Source of the DNA: a virus
Taxonomy: Duplodnaviria > Caudoviricetes
DNA length: 53,283 bases
Virus record (IMG/VR): IMGVR_UViG_3300021090_000027
Location: 1-53,283 of that record
Direction: 5' to 3' (one strand)
Positions within the stretch are counted from its first letter, which is position 1. Every line of letters begins with the position of its first letter. A program made the position numbers and the translations under genes. The notes below the pieces were generated by a model. It did no database searches and was not told the origin of the DNA. It was given only the letters and a program-made list of their open reading frames with translations. Shown here piece after piece: positions 1 through 8,576 of the stretch.

Positions 1-152
1 GAAGCGAAAGCTACAGCTCACAATCCTATTCTGCCTGCTTTACGTCAAGCTCATGGGCGTGCTCGTGATGGTCAAATTCCGGTGGTGATCTGGCGACCTA
101 ATGGGTTCGGTCCAGCGAACGTCGCTGACTGGGTTGTTGCAACAAGAGTAAG
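1..152. repeat. Terminal direct repeat (copy 1) = circular assembly overlap
   Basis: Identical to 53132-53283 except G33 vs T53164; an ORF reads through the join. Confidence 0.95.
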
Positions 153-207
153 CACGTTCTTCGGCCCGCTCGCTTTCCGAGCGGACTACTTTAAGGAGCT
201 ACCATGA
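1..207 (+). CDS. 3' part of the Holliday junction resolvase that starts at 52982
   Basis: Frame 1 EAKATAHNPILPALRQAH...YFKELP* continues the ORF from 52982; TGA at 205-207. Confidence 0.8.
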   Translation, partial: EAKATAHNPILPALRQAHGRARDGQIPVVIWRPNGFGPANVADWVVATRVSTFFGPLAFRADYFKELP

Positions 208-275
208 TCACACTGCTGTTGTTCTTGTATTTCGTGGCGACACTGGTATACGGGATTTACCTGTTTAATGACTGA
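204..275 (+). CDS. 23-aa hydrophobic micropeptide MITLLLFLYFVATLVYGIYLFND
   Basis: AAGGAG at 193-198, ATGA overlap with the upstream stop, stop overlaps next start; not in the ORF track. Confidence 0.55.
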   Translation: MITLLLFLYFVATLVYGIYLFND

Positions 276-672
276 TGTTCAACTGGATCTCGGGTTGATC
301 TTAGATCATTACGGGATCGATTACCGTGCGGATCGGGGTGGAGAGCAGGGCATCCGTTGCCCGGTCCATGAGGACCGGGTAGCCTCTGCCTCCTTGAATT
401 TGGACAAGCAACTATTCAATTGCCACGCGTGTGGCAAGCGAGGAGATGCGTTGACTGTTATTATGGAAAGAGAAGGGGTCGAGTATGCGACCGCTCTCGA
501 AAAGTATGAAACGATCACTGGAACTAGCGTCACTAAGGTACGCGGAGCAGTTAACTCTTCCGCTGCCGGGAGATTGTCCGGCCCTAAACTACCTGCTGGA
601 CAGGGGTATAAGCCTAGGGTCAATCGGAAGCTTCCGCCTGGGGTTCGTAAGCGAACCGATTTCGGGGCATGA
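268..672 (+). CDS. DNA primase zinc-finger (CHC2) subunit
   Basis: CPVHED...S..LN..KQLFNCHACGKRGD motif. Confidence 0.9.
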   Translation: MTDVQLDLGLILDHYGIDYRADRGGEQGIRCPVHEDRVASASLNLDKQLFNCHACGKRGDALTVIMEREGVEYATALEKYETITGTSVTKVRGAVNSSAAGRLSGPKLPAGQGYKPRVNRKLPPGVRKRTDFGA

Positions 673-1129
673 ACAGTACACGGGATGCATTAGCATCCCT
701 AGCCTTGGCCCATCTGGTGTGTACGGGCTGCGGTTTAGAAGTCTCCGAGCTGACGGACCAAAGTACTTGGGGCTTAGTGGCGCACCAACTCGCCTGTTCA
801 ACATCCGGGATATCCACTCAGCTAGTGACACGATTTGTATCACCGAAGGTGAATTAGATGCGGTCATCCTGTCTCAGTGTGGCCTGAAGGCCATTGGGGT
901 AAGCGGTGCTAACTCGTGGAAAAGGCATCATCCGAGGATGATGGCTGGTTTTGAGAAGGTGTACATTTTTGGTGATGGTGATAAGGCAGGCACAGAGTTT
1001 GCGAAACAAGTGAACGCTTCTTTGGACAACGGCGTCAGGGTCGCCTTGCCAGAGAATATGGACGTGAACGATTTTTATTTGAAAAATGGGGTATCGGCCC
1101 TGTTGGGCCTCATGTCAGAAATGAATTAG
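485..1129 (+). CDS. DNA primase catalytic/TOPRIM subunit
   Basis: YL..RGI, ICITEGELDA, DGDKAG, DVND TOPRIM motifs. Confidence 0.9.
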   Translation: MRPLSKSMKRSLELASLRYAEQLTLPLPGDCPALNYLLDRGISLGSIGSFRLGFVSEPISGHEQYTGCISIPSLGPSGVYGLRFRSLRADGPKYLGLSGAPTRLFNIRDIHSASDTICITEGELDAVILSQCGLKAIGVSGANSWKRHHPRMMAGFEKVYIFGDGDKAGTEFAKQVNASLDNGVRVALPENMDVNDFYLKNGVSALLGLMSEMN

Positions 1130-1335
1130 TGGTTTCCCTAAAAAAAATCCGAGGTAAATTTGTCATGATTAGTCTAGATACTGTTGTTAAGCAGGTTTTC
1201 CCACAGATCACCACAAGCCCCAAGGGCTTGGTCAAGGGTTACTTTGTCGACGGAGAGCTATGGCTCTCCTGGGAGAAGGTGAAGCCTGACGGGTCCTACG
1301 AGGACGCTATCACCTGGAAATTCGTTCACGCGTAA
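1129..1335 (+). CDS. hypothetical protein (start 1129 or 1165)
   Basis: Abutting ORF in the operon. Confidence 0.55.
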   Translation: MVSLKKIRGKFVMISLDTVVKQVFPQITTSPKGLVKGYFVDGELWLSWEKVKPDGSYEDAITWKFVHA

Positions 1336-1496
1336 TGGTCCAGCCGGAATGGACATCCGTCCGCACAGAAGACTACCTACGCCTCCTCAGTTCAGAACGC
1401 CAATTACGCGCCCTGGAAGACATGGGCGTCGACAACTGGGATGGGTACGACGATATCGATTGGGCGAGGATCGATGAGCCTACATGGGACTATTGA
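1335..1496 (+). CDS. 53-aa conserved phage protein (GVDNWDGY motif)
   Basis: TAATG coupling; MVQPEWTSVRTEDYLRLLSSERQLRALEDMGVDNWDGYDD...; motif is widespread in small phage proteins; not in the ORF track. Confidence 0.75.
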   Translation: MVQPEWTSVRTEDYLRLLSSERQLRALEDMGVDNWDGYDDIDWARIDEPTWDY

Positions 1497-1770
1497 AATC
1501 AACACTGCACTCATCGGAACCTATGTAATTCGTCGCACAGAGCCACTCAATGACTACCTTGAAGAACACCATTACGAGTGGGCTGTGACCATCAATGATC
1601 AGGAAATCCACGGCGAGTGTTATCACCGTTATGAGGAGGGCGCGATCGTCCTTATCTCTAAGGTGATGCGGGAGGCAGCAGATGAGCACATCAGAATGGG
1701 AGGCACCTCCCGTTCCCCCGGATGGGTACGAGGAACAAAACCTCATGTATTGCATTCTCTGCCAGGGTGA
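1474..1770 (+). CDS. hypothetical protein
   Basis: ORF MSLHGTIEIN...; overlaps neighbours. Confidence 0.6.
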   Translation: MSLHGTIEINTALIGTYVIRRTEPLNDYLEEHHYEWAVTINDQEIHGECYHRYEEGAIVLISKVMREAADEHIRMGGTSRSPGWVRGTKPHVLHSLPG

Positions 1771-1816
1771 ATGCATTCTGACAGATTTCTTCTCAGGTAA
1801 AAACGACTGCGAATGA
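1682..1816 (+). CDS. 44-aa CxxC protein
   Basis: GGAGG upstream; MSTSEWEAPPVPPDGYEEQNLMYCILCQGEC...; ATGA overlap with next ORF. Confidence 0.5.
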   Translation: MSTSEWEAPPVPPDGYEEQNLMYCILCQGECILTDFFSGKNDCE

Positions 1817-1950
1817 AACCACGGGGAATTGAAGTAACACTCAGTGCGGACCAGGAATATATTTATATCCATACTGGCATCAACTGCAACGATTGCGGTG
1901 GGGACCATTGCCTTTGGGATGTAGAGGAGGAGGATGAGACTTCACCTTGA
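1813..1950 (+). CDS. 45-aa CxxC protein
   Basis: MKPRGIEVTLSADQEYIYIHTGINCNDCGGDHC...; coupled by ATGA. Confidence 0.5.
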   Translation: MKPRGIEVTLSADQEYIYIHTGINCNDCGGDHCLWDVEEEDETSP

Positions 1951-2095
1951 CTTCGGCTACTTCTGCTGGCAGCTCATCTCCGTTGTTCAACACAATCTTG
2001 AACACGACGAGGAATCTGGAGCAGACGTGCATGATATCGGATCGGAGAGCCGAATTATTGGTTTCGGCCCTAACAATGATGAAGAAGGAGATTGA
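1934..2095 (+). CDS. 53-aa acidic protein
   Basis: GAGGAGGAGG RBS; MRLHLDFGYFCWQL...IIGFGPNNDEEGD. Confidence 0.55.
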   Translation: MRLHLDFGYFCWQLISVVQHNLEHDEESGADVHDIGSESRIIGFGPNNDEEGD

Positions 2096-2096
2096 A

Positions 2097-2357
2097 ATGG
2101 GAGTTTTTGATTCGTATGCGGCGGCGTGGGGAGTCTCCGGAGACTACTACGCGACCGGTCGACCGCTGGACTTGAGCCCCGGATCGGAGATCCGTATTCG
2201 CGTTCCTCAGGTAAAGACCGTGAAGGCACCGAAGTATTACCGGATCGAAAACAAGGTGTTCACCGTGTCTAACGCTGACACGACAGCGCTCACTCAGTTC
2301 GCGGTGTTGTCGACCGCGAATGAGGCGAAGGAATTCGTGAAGAGGAACAACATCTGA
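2097..2357 (+). CDS. hypothetical protein
   Basis: AAGGAG RBS before ATG 2097 (MGVFDSYAAAW...). Confidence 0.65.
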   Translation: MGVFDSYAAAWGVSGDYYATGRPLDLSPGSEIRIRVPQVKTVKAPKYYRIENKVFTVSNADTTALTQFAVLSTANEAKEFVKRNNI

Positions 2358-2575
2358 TGACCTTCGATCGGGCACTACTTCACCTACGGACACATAAGAA
2401 GGTAGCCCGCGATGGTTGGAACGGAACCGGAATGTGGGTTGAACTTCAGACACCCGATACCCATTCCAAGATGACTCTTCCGTACCTTTTTATGAAAACC
2501 GCTCAGGATCACCTGATTCCATGGGTTGCATCTCATTCCGACCTTCTAGCAGGGGATTGGGTAGTGGTCGAGTAG
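2357..2575 (+). CDS. DUF2829 / Tad2-like (Thoeris anti-defence sponge family) protein
   Basis: MTF..AL..L...KKVAR.GWNG.GMWV...PW.AS..DLLA.DW signature. Confidence 0.85.
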   Translation: MTFDRALLHLRTHKKVARDGWNGTGMWVELQTPDTHSKMTLPYLFMKTAQDHLIPWVASHSDLLAGDWVVVE

Positions 2576-2576
2576 C

Positions 2577-3317
2577 ATGACGGTCTATATCCCAGTCGTC
2601 AGTGATGTTCAGGCCCCACTGCACGACCCAAAGGCAGTCTCGGCGGTCTGCACATTACTGGCTGACCGGGATTTAGACTCCGTATCCGTCGGAGACCTCT
2701 CAGACAGCACCCAAATAGGGCAATGGGTGAGAGGAAAATCTGGGGAGCATGATGGTAACCTCGGAAGGCATCGTGACATTGCCGTCCGATTAATGCTTGA
2801 TCTTCGGATTAAGCATATTTCGAGGAGTAACCATGACCAGAGGCTCGAGAGGTACATCCAAGACCACGCTGGTGGTCTTGCTGGATTGCCCGAATTGCGG
2901 ACAGAAGCGTTTCTCCGTCTCGACGAACACGGCGTCACCTACCATCGGAAGCCTTTTAAGCTCGCTCCCGGCTGGCTTCTCATGCATGGTGACGAAGGGT
3001 CACTCAGCCAGAATCCGGGTGTTACCGCACTCAATCTTGCGAAAAAGTCCTTTAAGTCGGTGGTCTGTGGTCACACCCACAGACTGGGCCTCACGCACGC
3101 GCATGGAACGTATTCGGGACTGGTTCAGTCCCACCTTTGGGGGCTTGAGGTAGGCCACTTAATGGACATGCGTCAAGCTACCTACCTGAAAGGTGGCATG
3201 GGGCATTGGCAACCCGGCATAGGGATGCTCATCGTTGACGGTAAAGATGTGATCCCTATGCCGTTGCCCTACATCAACGGGAAAATCTATTTTGATGGGA
3301 AGGTTTACCGTGGTTGA
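2577..3317 (+). CDS. calcineurin-like metallophosphoesterase
   Basis: SDVQ, GD, SNHD, HGD, GHTH motifs. Confidence 0.88.
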   Translation: MTVYIPVVSDVQAPLHDPKAVSAVCTLLADRDLDSVSVGDLSDSTQIGQWVRGKSGEHDGNLGRHRDIAVRLMLDLRIKHISRSNHDQRLERYIQDHAGGLAGLPELRTEAFLRLDEHGVTYHRKPFKLAPGWLLMHGDEGSLSQNPGVTALNLAKKSFKSVVCGHTHRLGLTHAHGTYSGLVQSHLWGLEVGHLMDMRQATYLKGGMGHWQPGIGMLIVDGKDVIPMPLPYINGKIYFDGKVYRG

Positions 3318-4008
3318 GCCGGTGCTCGTACCACGGTACGTAGTGCAGAACAAAGCTGAACTTGTCTGCCGCAAGTACCGGAGGTACATAGAATTCGAGG
3401 ATGTGGAACAAATCGGGGAGCTGTGGATGCTGGAGCATCCGGAGAAACTCACAGAGTACATGGAGATGGAAGAGCCTCGCCTCGCGGCGTGGCGACTCGG
3501 GCAGGACCTATGGCGGGCTATGGAACGGTACGCCCGGAAAGAACGAGCCCACGCTGTTGGTTACAAATCAGAAGATGAAGAGTTCTACACTGAGGGGATG
3601 ATCAAACTCATCCTTCCCAGGGTCCTCAATGGTGTTATCGAACCTGATGTGAGGGCACGTGAGGAGATTAAGGCACCGAAGGACCCAGCTGAGGGCGGGG
3701 ATTACCTAGCTAGCTACCTGGATGTGCAGCGTGCGTGGCGGTTGGCGTCGTTGGCGGCAATGGAAAGAGGTGTCCTGGAGTACACGTACATTCATGGTCT
3801 CTCACAGGAGGCCATAGGATCGGTTCTGGGGCTCTCGCAGCCCACCGTGTCACGAGCGTACGACAGGGGCATTCGGAAGCTTCAGAGGTACCTTGGAGGG
3901 GCTAAGCCGGGTGATTGCCCATACTCGTGTGAGTGCCATGAAGGGAAACTCAGGGTTCGCCCCGGTACGCGGGGCAACGACAGTGGGAAACATCAACTCA
4001 TAGGATGA
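3310..4008 (+). CDS. sigma-70 region-4-like HTH protein (phage sigma factor-like)
   Basis: GLSQEAIGSVLGLSQPTVSRAYDRGIRKLQRYL. Confidence 0.8.
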   Translation: MVEPVLVPRYVVQNKAELVCRKYRRYIEFEDVEQIGELWMLEHPEKLTEYMEMEEPRLAAWRLGQDLWRAMERYARKERAHAVGYKSEDEEFYTEGMIKLILPRVLNGVIEPDVRAREEIKAPKDPAEGGDYLASYLDVQRAWRLASLAAMERGVLEYTYIHGLSQEAIGSVLGLSQPTVSRAYDRGIRKLQRYLGGAKPGDCPYSCECHEGKLRVRPGTRGNDSGKHQLIG

Positions 4009-4394
4009 TGATGAAGAACATTACGGTGGACAAGGCTCAGTTGCTGGCACAGGTTCGGGAGAACCTCGACATGCATGTCCGGGAATACAGCGAAGCTGTT
4101 GTCGGTTGGCGGCAGGCTGTTTTCGATAAACTGTCTGAGCTCACACAGCTCCACGGGGCAGGCGAGAGCATCAACCTGTACCTGGGTTCGGAATTCAGTA
4201 AACCGCAGTCGTATGCGAAGTCGTACATGCGGGCTATTGAAATGCTGAAGTGGGACACCAGTTCCACTGTGACGTTGGATGAGAAAACATTCCAGCAGTT
4301 AGTGCAGGACGACTGGGAATGGTCAAGCCAATTCAAGTATTCCAGTTCCCAATACATGTCTTCTGCTTCCGCCGATGATGACGACAATTTTTAG
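4005..4394 (+). CDS. conserved hypothetical phage protein
   Basis: Last ORF before the terminator; overlapping start. Confidence 0.75.
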   Translation: MMMKNITVDKAQLLAQVRENLDMHVREYSEAVVGWRQAVFDKLSELTQLHGAGESINLYLGSEFSKPQSYAKSYMRAIEMLKWDTSSTVTLDEKTFQQLVQDDWEWSSQFKYSSSQYMSSASADDDDNF

Positions 4395-4403
4395 GTGAAA
4401 CAC

Positions 4404-4435
4404 AGAGAGCCCCCACCGGATGGTGGGGGCTCTCT
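4404..4435. terminator. bidirectional terminator between convergent arms
   Basis: 14-bp perfect stem AGAGAGCCCCCACC/GGTGGGGGCTCTCT followed by a T-rich run. Confidence 0.85.
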
Positions 4436-4455
4436 TCTTGTTTACGGATGCTCCG

Positions 4456-4653
4456 TCATTTCTCGCATACCCCCACTAGCACGATCGTGGTGAGAATACC
4501 CAGGACCATCAGCAGGCAACCAAGATTGTCACCAATCTCAGTCTTCCCATGATCGCACCCGTTCAGTTTGCAGGCGTGACCGTAATAGTTCTGATCCTTC
4601 CCTGGATCAGAACCGAACAGGACCTTGATGATAGCCCACAGGTCCTTAATCAT
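4456..4653 (-). CDS. small membrane protein
   Basis: MIKDLWAIIK...LLMVLGILTTIVLVGVCEK. Confidence 0.55.
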   Translation of the reverse strand: MIKDLWAIIKVLFGSDPGKDQNYYGHACKLNGCDHGKTEIGDNLGCLLMVLGILTTIVLVGVCEK

Positions 4654-5080
4654 TGTTGTCTGCCCATCGGGCGGACTGCCAGTCTTCGCTGATTCGCGGA
4701 GCAGCTCTTCGAGGGTTACCGTCCTGGTCCGTGTCGCAGCGTGCCTCCCGTCCTTCATAGTCGGCGCTCCTCTCCTTCATAATCGTTGCGCTGGCTTCGA
4801 TGAATCGGGGATCCCCGGGCTGCCTGAAATGGAACCGGCACCCACACTCAGCCAACGCACATTTGAAATACAGGCACGTCTCGTTGGTGGTCCCCTCCGG
4901 GCATGGTGTCCACCATGGTTCATGCGGGCACGGATCCATACTGGTCTTAAGGAAATTCCGGAACCCGAATTCTGGGGTTTCGTCGATTCCCTCTAACCAG
5001 GGTGTTGCTTTTACCGCATGGTAGAACGTTTCCTCAGTCCGCTTACGCGGGCGCCGTTTGAAAAGGTCAATGATCGCCAT
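4646..5080 (-). CDS. Cys-rich hypothetical protein
   Basis: ORF in the leftward operon. Confidence 0.6.
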   Translation of the reverse strand: MAIIDLFKRRPRKRTEETFYHAVKATPWLEGIDETPEFGFRNFLKTSMDPCPHEPWWTPCPEGTTNETCLYFKCALAECGCRFHFRQPGDPRFIEASATIMKERSADYEGREARCDTDQDGNPRRAAPRISEDWQSARWADNND

Positions 5081-5084
5081 CGTC

Positions 5085-5546
5085 TTACCCCAATCCGATG
5101 CTCTTGTAGTATTTCGCCCAGAACAGCAAGTATTCTTTCATCGTGCAGTCCTCGAACGTTAAAGGGGCCCCGTCGGGGCCCCTTACTACCATCTGTATTA
5201 CCTCTAGCGCTGCTTGTACCTTCTGCTGCGCGGCAGCGGCACGTTGCTGCGCATCATCGATTTCCTTCTGTACTCTGGCCCGGTCCTCGTCCTTACTTGA
5301 CCCCTTGACTAGCACCGTGATGATAGTTTTTGTTCCCAGGTCCAGCACTACTCCGGCTTCGCGTCCCCAATGGATGATCCCGTCTCGTCCCTTAATATCA
5401 GGCAGAGTATAAGCGGGATGGAGGACCGCCTCTTTAACCATCTCGAGAGTTATCTTCCGGTCTTCCATTTGAGACACTGCATGATTCGAGAAACCAAACT
5501 CGCCAACCTTGAAGCGCGCATTTCTCAGAAGAGGGGCTGTGGTCAT
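5085..5546 (-). CDS. DUF4258-domain (RelE-like fold) protein
   Basis: FSNHAVSQMEDRKITLEMVKEAVLHP...VVLD...TIITVL. Confidence 0.7.
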   Translation of the reverse strand: MTTAPLLRNARFKVGEFGFSNHAVSQMEDRKITLEMVKEAVLHPAYTLPDIKGRDGIIHWGREAGVVLDLGTKTIITVLVKGSSKDEDRARVQKEIDDAQQRAAAAQQKVQAALEVIQMVVRGPDGAPLTFEDCTMKEYLLFWAKYYKSIGLG

Positions 5547-5809
5547 GCTGACACATCCTGGTCTAATAGTTCATGGACAATACGAGTGGCGGCACCGACA
5601 AGAAAAACAACAACAAGGGCTTTTATTATCGGTGAGTATTCCCCGGACATTTGCATAGCGGTTGCTTTCAGGCAACCAGCTAACCAGTTCAGCGACCACC
5701 ACCGGAACGCGGTTTCCCGGCTGATCCGCCGCGTGTATTCGAGGATGATCACCACCGGTAGAGTGGTGAGAATAAACATGGTGGTGGCAGCTACAATGAA
5801 CTCGTTCAT
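5543..5809 (-). CDS. membrane protein
   Basis: Two to three hydrophobic segments; ATGA coupling. Confidence 0.6.
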   Translation of the reverse strand: MNEFIVAATTMFILTTLPVVIILEYTRRISRETAFRWWSLNWLAGCLKATAMQMSGEYSPIIKALVVVFLVGAATRIVHELLDQDVSA

Positions 5810-6288
5810 GCGTCTAGCTCCTGAGCTAGTTCGGTCCAATACTGTTTCGCGGCGTCCCATTGTGTTGACGGCCAATGCTCCGTGATAGCCATGCTGATTT
5901 GCATGGCCCGATTGTTTCTTCCATTTCCGAAAACCAACTTTTCCTGGAAGTCAATCCCCAGCAACAGGAAGTCACCTGTTTTGACTTGTTCATCTAGGTC
6001 CAGTTGGACCTGTGCGAGTGCCGCCCATTTGGGAATGTCATGCTCCTCGGGGCAGTCGCACAGATTTTTGATGTGTTCCAGCGCGGTCCCCGCTAGGTTC
6101 CGGTGGTCCAGGATCTGAAACGGGTCACCCTCCGTTATCCTCGAAATGAACACATCCATGTCCGAATGGTTGTCGTTGCCACATCCAGTGCACACGCTGT
6201 CTCTCCTCTGTAAGGGCGCGATGTACCACAGTGGCAACCATGGTACATCGCGCCAGGTAACGGTGTCTATCTCTCCGTTAACACACAA
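5806..6288 (-). CDS. hypothetical protein
   Basis: Operonic ORF; start uncertain. Confidence 0.6.
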   Translation of the reverse strand: MCVNGEIDTVTWRDVPWLPLWYIAPLQRRDSVCTGCGNDNHSDMDVFISRITEGDPFQILDHRNLAGTALEHIKNLCDCPEEHDIPKWAALAQVQLDLDEQVKTGDFLLLGIDFQEKLVFGNGRNNRAMQISMAITEHWPSTQWDAAKQYWTELAQELDA

Positions 6289-6719
6289 TTACACCGGTTG
6301 GTGTAATCCGGTTTACCGAACTGCGGGAACACTGTGCCGACCAGGCACCCACGGTCGAACCTCTTCGGCCAGTTATGAGCGAGCTTAGGATGCCCGCACA
6401 GGGCACAGATCTGCGATGGCAGAGGTGGGGTCGCATCCAGGTCCAAAAGGGCCGGAGCGTGCAACCTCGCGACGAACACACCACTGCCGAGAGTCCTTGC
6501 CCAACCGTTCGCCAGCCTGACAGCAGTCGACTTGTGGTAAACGGGCCCAAACGGGGAAGTGATGGAATCACCGAACTTGATACCAACACCCCATGAGTCC
6601 CGCTTCGTGAGGAAACCCTCCACCGTGGTTGCGACCGTTTTCAAATAGGCGTCCTCGTCAGCGAATTCCTGACCAATGAGTTCGCGGAGGGTCTCCAGTT
6701 CACCCTTGTGAAGGATCAT
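6267..6719 (-). CDS. hypothetical protein with C-terminal Cys/His cluster
   Basis: CALCGH...H...C...CNC. Confidence 0.65.
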   Translation of the reverse strand: MILHKGELETLRELIGQEFADEDAYLKTVATTVEGFLTKRDSWGVGIKFGDSITSPFGPVYHKSTAVRLANGWARTLGSGVFVARLHAPALLDLDATPPLPSQICALCGHPKLAHNWPKRFDRGCLVGTVFPQFGKPDYTNRCNCVLTER

Positions 6720-7210
6720 CGCGCGGGCAGTGCTCTGATCAGATCACCAAGTTCCCGACGATCGATGATCAACCGGTCCGAGATGTAATGAAGAGGAACC
6801 CATGGTGGGTTAACCCCACCATGATGCCGGTACCGGGGAGGCAGCAACCAGTTACGTCGCTGTCTCGCCGACGGATTCACGGTGGGAGTCCGTTGGTTCA
6901 GTTTCCCCCAGTTCATGATCCGCCTAGGGAGGATCCCTGTCTCACCATCGTATTCTTTGAACAGCAAGTCCCCGGCTGTATCCTCGTCCGGGCCTCCTGG
7001 TGTCCATAACAAGCCAGCACTTCTGATATTTGGGTCGGGAATCACGCCCTCGCTGACTCCCAGCTCACAGAGGAGCCCCAGCGGGCAATAACGGAATACT
7101 CCGTCAATCCTCGCGGAGAGGAAACCCTTACCCAACGGGTAAAAATCATCCTCAACAATGTCAGCCCATGAATCACGGACAGCCTTGTCCATGGGCTCAT
7201 GTTTAATCAC
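6716..7210 (-). CDS. conserved phage hypothetical protein
   Basis: YCPLGLLCEL motif; D..ELGDLI C-terminus. Confidence 0.7.
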   Translation of the reverse strand: MIKHEPMDKAVRDSWADIVEDDFYPLGKGFLSARIDGVFRYCPLGLLCELGVSEGVIPDPNIRSAGLLWTPGGPDEDTAGDLLFKEYDGETGILPRRIMNWGKLNQRTPTVNPSARQRRNWLLPPRYRHHGGVNPPWVPLHYISDRLIIDRRELGDLIRALPAR

Positions 7211-7673
7211 GGTAGCCTCCTCGTATGTGCACTGGCATGTTTAGAGCCGCGCGGACCGCGTCCCCTTGACTGGTGGGATCAACCAGGACACCGGCGATAA
7301 CCCCTCTAGCGGCTGGCTCCTCGACATGAACATTTATGGTCCCTAAAAGGACCTGGCATTGTTCGAGTACCTCACAACTGCGGCACGCTTCAGCGGCCAC
7401 AGCAACCCGTTTAGCATAATGCGTATTAGCGGCACGCCTAATCAGACGCGGTCTCCCGCGTTCCGTGTTCCCTTCCTGATGAGTGCGTGTACCAAAAAGG
7501 TCAGGGTTTTCCATGCACGGGGTAACATATGGGATAGGTTTAAGATGTCGTACTCTGAAAATTTCAGCGTTCGCTTGAGTGAACGCTGAGTGTATCTCCC
7601 AGGAACCAGACCCACTAACGTAAGCTGTCCTTCCCGGGGCCGAGAGGACCAGACGGCCCGGAATCATTTTCAC
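7203..7673 (-). CDS. whiB: WhiB-family transcriptional regulator
   Basis: PC.ENPDLF ... AEACRSCEVLEQC ... RGVIAG (four Cys plus G-V-x-A-G turn; Trp replaced). Confidence 0.75.
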   Translation of the reverse strand: MKMIPGRLVLSAPGRTAYVSGSGSWEIHSAFTQANAEIFRVRHLKPIPYVTPCMENPDLFGTRTHQEGNTERGRPRLIRRAANTHYAKRVAVAAEACRSCEVLEQCQVLLGTINVHVEEPAARGVIAGVLVDPTSQGDAVRAALNMPVHIRGGYRD

Positions 7674-7760
7674 TTATCACCCTTTTCCTGGTTATCACGC
7701 GTGTCTGCATGATAGGAAACAATCCCTACCCTCCCCTCTCATCAGGGTAGGGATTGCAAC

Positions 7761-8255
7761 CTAACGCCCAGACAGGAGTTCGCGGTTCTTAGCGGACGCC
7801 AGCGGGTACTCTCTCCCATCTGGTACGAACTCACCGGAATCACGGGCATCCCGGTACATCTCAGCCAACACTTCGGGGATGTTCGCTGGGTGGAACTTCA
7901 CCCCTACGGTCTTGGCGAAGGGTCCGATCCCAGGGTAGACCACCCACCGACCGGACCGGTTAAACAACCCATACTGGTGGTCGGGGTTTTCCTGTGGTCC
8001 CTCCTCGAACCGTACTTGTGCCCGCTCTATAGCGGCCTGCCCTTTTGAGGGGACGGCCACGACGGGGGATTGTTCTTCCTCAACAGCATCAAACCACGGG
8101 TTCATGACAGCCCTTAATGCGTCGTAGTTCTCATCTCCTAAATCGAACTTCTGGGTTCGCCCGTCGAAAGCAAGCAGCACACGGTGGTGTGTTGCTTCCA
8201 CTAGTTCGCCCCTGGCGAACGCAATATCATCGACGGTACGTGAAACCTTAGCCAT
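7761..8255 (-). CDS. Lsr2 dimerisation-domain protein with divergent C-terminus
   Basis: MAKVSRTVDDI...LAFDGRTQKFDLGDENYDALRAVMNPWFDA. Confidence 0.7.
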   Translation of the reverse strand: MAKVSRTVDDIAFARGELVEATHHRVLLAFDGRTQKFDLGDENYDALRAVMNPWFDAVEEEQSPVVAVPSKGQAAIERAQVRFEEGPQENPDHQYGLFNRSGRWVVYPGIGPFAKTVGVKFHPANIPEVLAEMYRDARDSGEFVPDGREYPLASAKNRELLSGR

Positions 8256-8403
8256 GGGGTGGGTCCTCCAGTGTGTAGTGGTCAAACAGTTGCTTCGCGA
8301 GCTGCCAAGCCTTAGCGACGGCCCACAACGCGACTATGACAACCGCAATGGGGGGAACCGTGAAAAGGAAAAACAGCATAACGATAATGGCGAATATTTC
8401 CAT
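8248..8403 (-). CDS. small membrane protein
   Basis: GAGGAG RBS; MEIFAIIVMLFFLFTVPPIAVVIVALWAV. Confidence 0.6.
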   Translation of the reverse strand: MEIFAIIVMLFFLFTVPPIAVVIVALWAVAKAWQLAKQLFDHYTLEDPPHG

Positions 8404-8576
8404 TATCCGCTCCTCATTTTTTTCCGAATGTAATAGGTTGCTTCCTCGTAGAGGAAGGCTAAAAACATGACTCCGAGAAGCAACCAGCGGAGGACGGTAC
8501 CGATGACAGCGATCACCAAAGGTATACCGAGAACGATAACAATAAAACCGACGAAGAACCCTAGAATGGGGTTCAT
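8403..8576 (-). CDS. small membrane protein
   Basis: MNPILGFFVGFIVIVLGIPLVIAVIG... Confidence 0.6.
   Translation of the reverse strand: MNPILGFFVGFIVIVLGIPLVIAVIGTVLRWLLLGVMFLAFLYEEATYYIRKKMRSG

Noticed and set aside
1-152. Biological terminal repeat
   Set aside because: It falls in mid-gene and looks like an assembly overlap.
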